DNA of 63,975 nt, counting the filler, from Dicyema japonicum (Eukaryota; Animalia; Dicyemida), in NCBI GenBank assembly GCA_011109175.1. It is 5 parts of 5 records of this genome, joined end to end, with 100 filler letters (N's around TTAATTAATTAA, not from the genome) between each part and the next. Parts side by side here need not be neighbours in the genome. Positions count along the whole stretch, not along the records: positions 4,301 to 35,976 come from RDEW01000074.1; positions 36,077 to 61,273 come from RDEW01000174.1; 3 more parts are not named here. One strand, given 5' to 3'. This document shows, one piece after another, positions 30,140-41,064 of the stretch. Every line of letters starts with the position of its first letter. Position 1 is the stretch's first letter. Made by a program: the position numbers and the translations under genes. Below the pieces are notes generated by a model. It worked only from the letters and a program-made list of their open reading frames with translations. It made no database searches and was not told the DNA's origin.

Positions 30140-30991
30140 TGAGTTATTCACAATAAAATATTACCTTAATTCTAATGCTCCCACTTGTCCTACTTTCTGT
30201 TCACGTAGTGATCCAACTTGACTGTGACTTGACAAACATTATTTTAAAGAATTGCTTAATTTAAATTAGGCAGTTGTCACACTGTGCTTTCAATGGAGAC
30301 CATGTTGAGAAATATCCATTATATATTAGAATTAAGGGAGACGTTACATTTCCCAATGGAGAAATATTCACGAATTTAACTAAATTGAGACGATTGTAAT
30401 CAACATTTTTTTAATACCAGTGTGTGTTATGGAGACTCGTTAAAGAAAATATTAAGCAACTCATTTGACGGGTTGGATAACTTAAACTCAATGTACATTC
30501 AAATATTTTGAATCATTAGATATCTGCGTTCCTGTATAGGCATGGGCTACGTGGATGTGGACGCATTTGCACGTCTAAAAAGTTTACGAACTCTGTAAAA
30601 ATCTCATACTAATATTTCAGTTAAATGCCAGGGAATGCAATTTTTCAGTCGCCAAAAATCAGCAGTATGCGACTAACCATTGAGTATTTTAAATTATTCA
30701 CTGTGTAGTATTGCTTTAGGGCAGAAAATGTGCCTGTTTTCTAAGGGTTCCCAACCCACAATGTAGTATACTTTGATATTCTCATATAAGGATTACGAAA
30801 GTGGAGTATACAGGTTTCTTTCTACCCATTGTATTAACTGACAAAAAAGTGAGCATAGAATCATATACATCTGAAGAGGCAGCCGTGAGAACAATGGAAG
30901 CCTATGGTGGGTTAGTTTACTCACAATAGTTTGCAACGTATGCAGACATTTCGCATCCAGAAATATGTTATGCAGAAGGGAATGTGCGTAA
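30140..30991 (+). pseudogene. LRR family paralog B: signal-like N-terminus, one LRR per exon, Cys-rich last exon; in-frame TAA at 30622
   Basis: Introns 30396-30420, 30493-30519, 30595-30620, 30684-30708 and 30763-30790 (all phase 2) and 30907-30929 give FTNLTKLRRLVCYGDSLKKILSNSFDGLDNLNSIYLRSCIGMGYVDVDAFARLKSLRTL. Confidence 0.75.
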
Positions 30992-31559
30992 GAAATTATG
31001 CAAATGTCGTTAATTAACTAACCGGATTATTCTCTTTAATATTTCCTTGTTCCACTTAATTTTCCCTGAATTGACATTAATGTGATTGATTATTCAATCC
31101 AATATTTCCTTGTTCCACGTCTTATTTCTAATTAGTGTTACATGCAGTAGTCAGGGTTAAAGATAAACTCCACTTGGATCGAAAAGCTCGTTGTAAATCA
31201 ATTTATAGAAACACAAAGAAGCTCAAAACAGAACATTAAAAAATGCTAGCAGTTAAACGCCGTCTATATGCATCAGAGCCGAGAATTACATCATGATTGT
31301 ACAAATAAGCTCCTGGGTGGGACTTGTATTCAAAAATATAGACTCTTATTTATTTCTACTATCTATCAACAGTTACTCCACCACAAGAACGTGTTTTTAA
31401 ATAAAAATGCATTTAAAAAGAAAATAGCAATCAATATTTGAATAAACGTTAAAATAATAAACATTTTTACATTGTTCATTGGTCAAATTAATCGAGAACT
31501 TATCGATACAACTGACAGAATAAAACCGAAGCGGACGCTATTGGTCTTTGGATTAAGAC

Positions 31560-31690
31560 ACCTTGGATATTTTCTCCTAAATTAATTACCGACGAAGCAT
31601 ATGGTAGGTTAGTTTACTTACTGTAGATTCCAACCTCTGTCGTTATCCCGCCTCTACAAATATGATATGCAGAGGGGATTTTATTTTAAT
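31560..31690 (+). pseudogene. LRR family paralog C, last two exons only
   Basis: ITDEAY | 23-nt intron 31604-31626 | DSNLCRYPASTNMICRG matches the end of paralog B. Confidence 0.6.
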
Positions 31691-32229
31691 AAACGTTAAA
31701 TAATAACGAGAACTTATCGATACAACTGACAGAATAAAACCTAAGCAAACATAAAATATTCGGATGCCACTACTTAACTAACCTGATTATTCATTCGAAT
31801 ATTTCCTTGTTCCACTTCCTTTCTTTAATTAGTGTTACATGCAGTAGTGAGGGTCAAAGATACATACATTATCTCTTAAAGATACATGTCGAGCACTAAG
31901 ATTTGGCCCTCTGTAAAATGACCTTCTCGATTGTCAACCCCGAATTGACATTTTAGTCCTGGAATGGGCAGCTTTTGTTTAGAATAAAGGGTGTTCAGAT
32001 ATTTATTTCTCACAGTCCTGTTAAGCAGCGATTCTCTTAATAGGCGCATTGTCATTAATGTGATTGATTATTCATTATGCATTTATATAATATTCCTTTT
32101 CCTAATTACGGTCAGTGTAAATTCCACTTTTTATTCCCGAAGAGTGCTACATACAGTAGTCACAGTCAAAGGCAGACTTTCCATTCGAGTGTTCCTTGTA
32201 AATCCGTTTTCTACTTTTTTTAGTTTTTG

Positions 32230-32900
32230 GTATAATCGGTAGTGAAATGAATTTTTAGAATCTATCAACAATTTATTATCATGGCAAAACATTGCCGATA
32301 AATTTTCTTTTTTTCTTTTTTGTTTAACTGGGAAGACAGTTAACGCTATTTTAAACAGTCGCGAATCAATTCTGGAACAATTCAAAACTAAAAATTCATC
32401 TACAAAAACAGTCAAAAAGTTAGTTCCCGCAACTTGATGAAAAACTTGTTGAGTGGATTGATTCGATGGAATCAAAAGGTATATCATAGTGTTTTTAAAT
32501 TTTTAGGTGCATTATTTAACGATGCATTAATATCTAGTAAGGCAAAATTATTTGCTAAGCAGCTTTCTCTTAAAAAAGTAACATATCGATAAATTATTCT
32601 GAAAAAATCGATAGATGATGAAGAAATAACCCCATTATTGGATGAAAGTGAGATAATCATCCATGAAAAAGCTACTGAAATGAAAACTCTCAACAAGAAT
32701 GAAATATCATCCAATTTAAGCGAAATTGAAAAGGATCTTTTTGAGAACATTGAAAACGAAGAGGTTGTCGTCTTATTACAGAAATTCGAAGATTTCAAGA
32801 AAAAATTCGAAATATCAAAAAGATGCAAATGGGAATTGAATATTATTTCGATGAAATTTAATAATTCGGCTGTTTTCATCGACGAAAAGCTATTGATTAA
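32230..32900 (+). mobile_element. pogo/Tigger-like element, internally deleted, with intron 32479-32506
   Basis: KTVNAILNSRESI, DEKLVEWIDSMESK-G-ALFNDALISSKAKLFAKQL, then an acidic tail; homologous to 1-934. Confidence 0.75.
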
Positions 32901-33169
32901 ATTCTGAAAATTTCCAGAAATTATTGATTAAATTCTGAAATTTTCCATTTCCCTAAACTTCTTCATTATATGAATTTCCTCAATTTCTTATGTTCGAGTT
33001 ATGAATGCAGGACTATTCGGCGTAGAAAATTTTGAGAAAGACTATTCGGCCTAGGAAGATTCGAGGTAGGAACGTTTATAATTTTTGTTATTATAATTTT
33101 TGTTTTAACTATATTATCTAAGCCGAATCGTCCCATTCCCTCAAGTTATAGTTTAACCTGCCATTTTGT

Positions 33170-33520
33170 GATCAAGTTCACGATGAAATCCACAATCCAG
33201 AATTTTCAAGGATTCGAGACCAGAAAACATGGTCTACCGAGTCGTAGGCTTTCTTTACATCTATCCACGCAGTTGCCTAATCATTTCTGTTATTCTGATC
33301 AATCCCCCGATTAATGATCTCCTGTTTCTTGGCATCCTGACATATTCTATTGGTTCCTAATTGGTGATACTCCATATAAGTGAAGTGAAGAACAGTTATT
33401 TCCATTATTCTGATTAATCCCTCGATTAATGATCTCCTGTTTCTTGGCATCCTGACATATTCTATTGGTTCCTAATTGGTGATACTCCATATAAGTGAAG
33501 TGAAGAACAGTTAATGTTAA
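33170..33520 (-). mobile_element. RT fragment of R4/NeSL-like RLE retrotransposon, with ~118-bp direct duplication
   Basis: QLGTNRICQDAKKQEIIN..ATAWIDVKKAYDSVDH. Confidence 0.7.
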
Positions 33521-33552
33521 CTAATTGTAGGACCAAGAAAATGATCTTCACT

Positions 33553-33705
33553 TATTTTTTTCTTACGTGTGGGCCTTTTCCAGACAATCCGGTTCCGCAT
33601 TGAGTATCCACTGATGACGGCGTCACTCGTCAAACCCTTATAGCATCGTAGATGCGTGGAATTTTCCACCGGATGAACGGCAGCCAGAATCGAACCTCAA
33701 CAAGA
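33553..33705 (-). mobile_element. tRNA-derived SINE, copy 2
   Basis: GGTTCGATTC, CCACGCATCTACGATG, GACGAGTGACGCCGTCATCAG and AAGTGAAG tail. Confidence 0.7.
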
Positions 33706-33824
33706 ATGTAACCTAAGTCACTATGACCTTTATATTTCACATAAATTACGGCATAAAATAGAATTTTTTAGTCAAAACGATTTTTAAAAATAAATTCTAC
33801 AAATAATTAATAAAATTCTCAAAA

Positions 33825-33885
33825 GCCGGATGCGGGACTCGAACACACGACCCTGGGATTAAGAGTCCCATGCTCTACCGACCGA
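33825..33885 (-). tRNA. tRNA-Lys(CTT), 5'-truncated pseudogene
   Basis: TCGGTCGGTAGAGCATGGGACTCTTAATCCCAGGGTCGTGTGTTCGAGTCCCGCATCCGGC then TTTT; the first ~11 nt, including the 5' acceptor strand, are missing. Confidence 0.8.
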
Positions 33886-35355
33886 AAAATATATTACGAT
33901 AAATCTAACAAGAGGATACGGCTCATGTTAAATTCGAGAATATAATTCTAAAAACTTGTAGATTCTTTTTCTAAACAAGGTTCAGTATTGACTCAAGATT
34001 CATTCCTCACTTGCATTGATTATTTAGAATACAGTAGGACCTCTATTTGGAACAAAAAGTGTTCCAAAAATGGAGGTTGTTCAAACAACTTAGATTTTAC
34101 CAATATAAATTTAATACTTCAATTAATGCAAAAAGTCATAAAAATCATTATTTATTGAAAAATAATCATCACTTCTATTTTCATATACAGTAAAGTCAGC
34201 CTCATTGTTGTATTTGTGATGGGACTTTGGACCGAAATTGTTTTCATCCTCCCTCGTGCAAGCTCAGACTGGATTCCCTCATGTACAGTATTATGTCGTG
34301 TTTTTGACATTAAAAATGAATCTTCATTTCATTCGTGCCAACAACTCGTCAAAGCAGTGACTCAACATTCCCCGACTTCATTTTGTTTTTATTTTTTTGA
34401 ATCATTCAAAAAGGCTTTATAGTTGGTTCAATGGGAGATTTCAGTTATCTTCGGGAGGTCGAATATCGTCGATGTGAAGAATTAGTCTCGTACTACCAAT
34501 TGCAATATTTCGAAATTGACGCTGTAATACCGAATTATTCAATTTCAGAGAAAATACTCTCAAGTTAATCAAGTTACTGTGAAAAATTGCCCAACATGCA
34601 ACTGATCAACGTTCCCACGTCGTTGAAGACTAAATTCTGTTCTCTTTAAATAAAACTATTTCACTTATAAATACTTTTAATGAACAAAAGGGTCAGAAAG
34701 GACGAGGATTTGTGAGATCATATGTCTCATTAGAACATCAGAGGTTACACTCAAATAAAATAGCACCTCTGAACTGTTTGTTTGATGAGAAATTCGTTAT
34801 TACTCCATAAAAGTCCTTCATAGCTCGAGAGAAATTCACAAAACTTGTTTCTTCAGGTTACTCTTATGGAATTTGTATTTTCTTATAAACTAAACTTAAA
34901 TTTCGACTTTGGTGATTTTTAATGTGTCTAAAATGGACGAGTGATTATTCACTAAGGTTGATATTCTACCCTAATAAAAGTATTTTGTCGACTATTTTGC
35001 TAAGAACGATTCACAGAGAACTTAATGTTGAAAAGATACTGAAGGATCTAAGCCCGATTAAATAAAGTAGAATTTTATTCGAAATGTCAGTTTTAAATAA
35101 GTGTTGGTAGCGAATCGTGATTAATTGACATTCTTCAAGTAATATTTAGTCAGTTTGAGTTGTTCTTTTTTAGCAAAGAAGGCTGCATATTTTAGTTCCC
35201 ACGATAATTCCATAGACGAACATGCCGTGCATCGTCAAGATGAATTAGTATATAAAAATCCTTTTTTCCGAGCGTCTAATACTGGGTAGTTTCGATTGCT
35301 TGTTCGTTTTAAGTATGTAAGTACAATTATAGGTATTCTCGTGAAGAACGTCACT

Positions 35356-35976
35356 ACCAGGGTTGTTTGATTTAAATCATTTGATTTTAATCAACAAAAA
35401 AAATTATTGTTGGTAGAAATTGTTTAAATTGATTAAATGTCTGGTAGAAAGCGTGATTCCTTGTGGGTTCAAAGAACGTCACTACCAGGGTTGTTTGATT
35501 TAAATCATTTGATTTTAATCAACAAAAAAAATCATTGTTGGTAGAAATTTTTTAAATTGATTAAATGTCTGGTAGAAAGCGTGATTCCTTGTGGGTTCAC
35601 TTCGATAAACATATTATTCCTGGAAAGACTGGCAGTCGAGCCAGATGCCGTAATTGCGGGAAGGAGGTACAAGGTCTCGTATCTCGGATGAGGCAGCATT
35701 ATTTGTTATGCCGAACTAATTTTGATATCCCTGAAAATCCGTCGAAAGTTGAAAGTGGTTTAATCAGCGAATTGCCCCTGAGGATGAGGGACCAATCATT
35801 AATCAATTTCGTTTCTACGATGACGTTATCGAAAAAAAATTTGATAGATATGCAACTCGCTAGAAACGTATATTCCACTAACACTCCTTTTGCTGCTGTA
35901 GAACATCTCGAATTTGTTCAATTTGTCCAAATGCTTCTTCCTGGCTATCGTTTACCTTCTCGTCATCAAATTGGTG
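35356..35976 (+). mobile_element. hAT transposon 5' end with BED finger; first ~130 bp duplicated
   Basis: CAGGGTTGTTTGATTTAAATCA terminus; LWVHF..ARCRNC..RMRQHYLLC; PFAAVEH..F..F...L.PGY.LPSR. Confidence 0.85.
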
Positions 35977-36349
35977 NNNNNNNNNNNNNNNNNNNNNNNN
36001 NNNNNNNNNNNNNNNNNNNNTTAATTAATTAANNNNNNNNNNNNNNNNNNNNNNNNNNNNNNNNNNNNNNNNNNNNTTATTCAGGGAAATATCTAATAAT
36101 ATGTTCGCACTTTATTTGAAGTGCCATTTCGAATTCATTAATGATCTTTTTCTTTGATCCAATGGTATAAAATTTTCTGTTCTAATAATGCAATGAAATT
36201 CAATTCTACTACATACATTTTAGATGATAAAAAGCCTTGTACTCTGGTCAATAATGCAAGAAGACGTCTCATATTCTTCATTTATGTTTGCTAATATATG
36301 ATTATAGTCCTCAAAGATTTTTATTTAAAATAATATTCTTTAAATTTCT

Positions 36350-37320
36350 AGATTTATAATCTTTGTGCAACTTCAAATCTTACTTTGAGATCCAATTTGA
36401 TCAGGTTTATTATGGACAGGCTTTATAAACAATTTATTCGACCAACGATGACTTATGCAAGTCCTTCATGGGCAATGCGGATTTCAAGATCTTCCTCATT
36501 GAAACTATCCGCAATCGAGGAGATTGTAATAAGGTTAATTGGACCAGAACACAAAATCCAGCCATTGAAAATTTCTTAATTGAATTACAACGGAAACTCT
36601 TAAAGGAGGCTATTTTACCGAGCTGCCCTCTATTCCATACACTATCGAATTATCTACAATCATACAGAAATTTTGAGCCGATGCCATGTCCAATGAGAAA
36701 AGCTGTTCAAGATTTTAGACGCCGCCGGACTCGTCCTCTCTTTTGTCAGTCTGGGATCACTGAGTTAGATGAGAACTTTTATTTCTTTCTTTTTAACCCA
36801 GTGATCCTGGGGGTAATAATAATAATAATGGACAAGCAATCCTTCATCAGGAATCAAATCTTCAGAAGCTGAATTAATTAGCGTTCTTTCATTTGTTTCT
36901 CCTAGCAAAGGAAATATTTATTTTCATTTAAACACCCCAAGACCACGGTCAAAAATCGAAACAAACTATCACGTGATCCCGACATGTTCGAATAAAGTCC
37001 TCATCTTCCAAATAAGGTTTTTAGAATGTTAATTTTCCTTTCGCATTTTGTGAGAATGTTTTCAACATGAGGTGATGAACAAAGTTGCATATCAAATGTC
37101 ACACCCAATATCCTCTGACATCTGTTGAAAGGGATGTTGTCTTGTCTACCTCCAAAGTGACTGTCATCCTAAGCCGGTTTTATATTATCCAAACGTTTAG
37201 ACAATCCAAGTTATTTTGGATCCTCTCTGTGGCATTCTGAATATCCCGGTCTCTTGAAGGCAAAACAATATCATCTGCATAAGAGAAAAGAACATCGTTT
37301 TCGTATTCCGGAGACGAAAT
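36350..37320. mobile_element. I/Jockey-group LINE RT fragments (36350-36720 plus, 36930-37320 minus)
   Basis: LYKQFIRPTMTYASPSW on plus; FSYADDIV and RILGVTFD on minus. Confidence 0.75.
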
Positions 37321-38119
37321 ATCAGATAAAATAAGTTAAATAATGCTGGAGCAAAGGAATTAAAACAGGATTTGGCAAAATTATATCGTAAACTAAAATC
37401 TCGGCTGTGTAAATTAAGTCTGCACTATTTCTTTTAAAATGAGGATGTGGCATAAAAAATCTTGAATCACAAAGTTGCTTTCTTCTCCCGATGTGATAAT
37501 GTTCCCTTTTTAACATTAGGGGTTAACATAAAATCTATGACTTTTATCTTAATTAGCTATTTTTAATTGTATATTCATAATTATTTACTGTCTTTATTTC
37601 TCAAAGTGTTAATTCTACATGTAAAATACAAATAGATTTTTTTCATATTGACTGGTAGATTAGATGAAAATGTTAAAAAGTCATTAAATTAGTTTTCAGA
37701 ACAAAAAATCTTATTTCTAAGTTCTCCCATCATGTCTTCCAAAAGTTTGATCTCATCAGAAAGGCTAATTTATCAGTGAAATCCTGATTATCGAATGACT
37801 AAATACTATCTTCAATGAAGATCATTGAATTCTCAGTTTCTTGATAATTATAATTGGTTTATCAAGTCATTTAAGTTAGTTTCGGCACTTTTAAATTCTA
37901 CTCAGTATCTGACTTATATGAGTAATTTGAATATTGTTCTAAAAAATGCAATGCTAATCGGAACTTCGATAATTTATCTCGTATATTACTTACTAAATTA
38001 ATATTATTCTTTGACCACATGGTGTCATGTGGCTACTTGATTGAAGATTTCTTTTTCCTTCAAGTAACGATATCAGATCCACCTAACTTAAGAGACACCC
38101 ATTGCAGGGTTTTCCTATT

Positions 38120-38285
38120 TAATAACTTTGTCCTAAAATCTAATAACTCTGTCAAAATATTAAATAATTTTGTCATAAAATTTAATAACTCTGTCAAAAT
38201 ATTTAATAATTTTGTCAAAATGTTTAATAACTTTGTCAAATATTTAATAATTTTGTCAAAAAGTTTAACAACTTTGTCAAATAGT
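38120..38285. repeat. 21-nt minisatellite, about 8 units
   Basis: AATAA(C/T)T(C/T)TGTCAAAATATTT units; reads NNFVKIF on plus and FDKVIK on minus. Confidence 0.85.
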
Positions 38286-38439
38286 TATGAGACTATTATT
38301 TTTGGGATCATTATATATATTTATTGGATTATTAATTCCCTATAAAAACAAATTTTAGCGCAAAATGAATTAAATGATTAGTTACAAAAACAAAAATACT
38401 ACTGTATCCGAGGATAACCTGAAAACTTATAATAAATAA

Positions 38440-39055
38440 ATATGAAGCAGAGTTGGCTTATTCAAAATAAGTAAACTTCTTTTATAGATCCTTTAAATTT
38501 GGATCTCATCGAACAATCGACTCCCATTTCGTCTATAAAAATAACTGAATGTTTTGAGTTTAAACATGAAAAACATTTTTAGTGAAAATAAATTCAGGAT
38601 GAAATTTTTTACGTCTGATCAAACAGAATTAAGATTTTAGCGATTGAAAAAAATAGTGTTGTGTCTGAGTTTGTTGCCAGGTATAATAATTCAAATTAAT
38701 ATTAGTCAAAAAAATAATGGCAACGAAACCTCACAAAATCCGATAATTACTAAGGATCTTAGAGATAGATACATAGCAGATCTCATTGATTTAAGGAGAT
38801 ATGCTAAGATAAATTATTATAATTCACTGATATTTAATTTTGCTAAATTATGAAATTAGATTTTAGTTATCATCCAGTTGTCGAATTATCTATGACTAAG
38901 ACTGCGAATTCGTTATTTTGCAAACTGATAACGGAAAGATTTTAATAATTCTTTTATGGTTCCATAATTATATATACGTGGAAGGCCCCGAGCCTCGTGG
39001 ATTCAATTACAGTAGTAGGGTAATATCTGATTTTCTTTTTTCTCAGATTTAATCA
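38440..39055 (+). CDS. hypothetical micro-intron gene, tentative
   Basis: A 25-nt GT..AG (GTATAATAATTCAAATTAATATTAG, from 38682) joins AIEKNSVVSEFVAS to QKNNGN..DLRRYAK; needs homopolymer corrections; no family recognised. Confidence 0.25.
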
Positions 39056-39759
39056 ATCTATACATCGACATATAAAATAATATAAATAAATTAAGACAAA
39101 ACATTTCTGATGTTTAATACGTTTAAAATTTATTATAATTTGAGTAAAAATTAATTTTAATTTATTTCATAAAAAATGAGACAGTCGCTCTAAAATGCAT
39201 TGATGGTCAGAAGAAAGTGCGTTTTTCAACGTCAAGCTCAAGAACACATGCATTGGGAAACGGCCCACGTCAATTTGCACGAAAGCGAATGGTAATCATA
39301 TGGATCGATCAAATGGCCACAACGACATTTCGTTCCTCTCACTCTTAAGACCATGACGTAGCGAGTCAGCAATTCTCACTGCCTCAGTCTACAGTGTCCA
39401 GAATATTAAAGGAAAAAATAAGACTAAATAAAAGGAAAGTAGAAATTATAAAATCCGAAGAAATAAAGAAGCTTAACCCTCATAAAAATAATAGCCTCGA
39501 AAAATTGCATAAAAAGAGCAGGTCTATCAAAACTGGTTTCTCCAGGAATGGCGAATTTGAGTTTTAAAAACTTTTTGTCTAAAATTATCTAAACTTTGTT
39601 ATATATTCAAAGCCGCTTAGATAATTCGATTGAGGCTGTGACGTAGTTTCTGCATATAAATACGCAAGTTTTATAGACCACATTGGATTCTAAATTTTTT
39701 CAACAAATACTTTTCGATATAAAAAATATAGTGATGACACTATCTCATTATTTTTAGAT

Positions 39760-40400
39760 TGAACCTATGAAACAAGTTCATTAATACGACCAGACATAGA
39801 CGGGGCTCCATCTGTACATATACCAATTCAATTGGCAAATGAAATATTATTGATATTGAAATAATCGTTTAATATCGTGAACATGTCAATTGCTCGAGTA
39901 GTAGTTAAAAAAAGGCTTACAAAACAAGAATTGTTCTGTAATTTTCCCAGAATAAACATATCTTACATATGCCAACAAATGTGCCATTCCCGAAATATCC
40001 TGTGGATTCATCAAGTTGTAATGAAAACCGAGTTTCTTTAATAGAAAATGAGACATTATTTTCAATATTCTCCGACAAAGCACAAATCCGACGAGAAACA
40101 GTGTTATCTGACAAAGGTATCTTTATTATTTTTGTTCATTTATGATTAAACATAGTTCGAGCAATAATACGACAAGCAGGGATTATCAAGTTTTTGCCAA
40201 TAGTGTGAGGTTTTAGTTGTTTTGCTATCAATTCTAAGATCAGGTATGATTCCTTTGTGTTTACAAAAGTTTCACTGAACATCATTTGACTAGATCAACG
40301 ATTTATTGTAAAAACTAAATAATACTTGTGTTGTTTTTTCAAATGGATAAAATAATCCACAGATTTTTTGGAATAGTCTGGATGCTTGGAAGTAAAATGT
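39760..40400 (-). mobile_element. hAT/Buster transposase remnant
   Basis: IAKQLKPHTIGKNLIIPA..IPLSDNTVSRRI..FSLQLDEST..ICTDGAPSMSG. Confidence 0.88.
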
Positions 40401-40835
40401 CTCTTTAGTTTGCTAGGAACCATAGCATTATTATAGTAAAGATCGTGGATTCAATTTCATGGTCATTGTCCTTAAAAGTACATAATTTAGTAAACTAACA
40501 TTATAGGGACATAATGAATCATATTAACTATTCTTGTTGCTTAAGACAGATGATTCTTGAACCTGAATACTTAAAGCATCAGACACTTCCAATCCGTCAC
40601 CTTGTAGATTTTAACTAGAAGAATGGAGCCTTCGTCCATCATGAAGAAAATTAGATGTTTCATTCATGGAGATACGTCACTATCCAAAACCAATCAGCTA
40701 ATATCCATTATTTCATAGAGAATTAGCACGTGGGTTAATAAAACGAGATGATTTTCTAATTATCAGCATTTATTTTACATTGAAAAAAACGATAGATTTA
40801 GTTTGCCGTGATTATACGGTTTTCTATTCCCTTTA

Positions 40836-41064
40836 ATGATTCAGCCGATAATTTTAAGTAATGATCAACTACTCGACAGCATAGTCAAAAAAATTAATGA
40901 TAAGCAAGTAAAAGAGGAGAACTCAACAGATTCTCTTAAAAGAAAAAAGAGCCAAGGAACTACAAAACAAGGTTGTGTGATTATATACTGCGGCACAATC
41001 ATTGTCGAATGTAGATAAATGCAAATTCATCCACACAGAAGAATTTCCCAAACAAAAAAAGTAA
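40836..41064 (+). CDS. small protein with one TIS11/TTP-type CCCH zinc finger; two homopolymer frameshifts; 5' end uncertain
   Basis: Adding one A near 40945 and one near 41009 gives KKEPRNYKTRL-C-DYILRHNH-C-RNVDK-C-KFI-H-TEEFPKQKK*, i.e. C-x8-C-x5-C-x3-H with the YKT lead-in. Possible intron 40819-40844 and upstream exon. Confidence 0.65.

Larger units (their letters stand above)
29695..31750 (+). repeat. local direct repeats (~29695-29925, ~31310-31530, partial ~31680-31745)
   Basis: GCTCCT.GGTGGGACTTGTATTCAAAAATATAGACTC... and AACTTATCGATACAACTGACAGA recur in the same orientation. Confidence 0.8.

Noticed and set aside
34200-35330. Minus-strand frames with repeated in-frame TGA as a sign of stop-codon reassignment
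   Set aside because: No recognisable homology, TAA stops also interrupt, and bona fide genes here end in TAA, TAG and TGA with W encoded by TGG.
38644-38853. MKKIVLCLSLL signal-peptide ORF
   Set aside because: It starts at TTG and reads through a probable 25-nt intron; the real upstream frame appears to be different.
39170-39340. VALKCI as protein kinase subdomain II
   Set aside because: No Gly-rich loop, HRD or DFG nearby.
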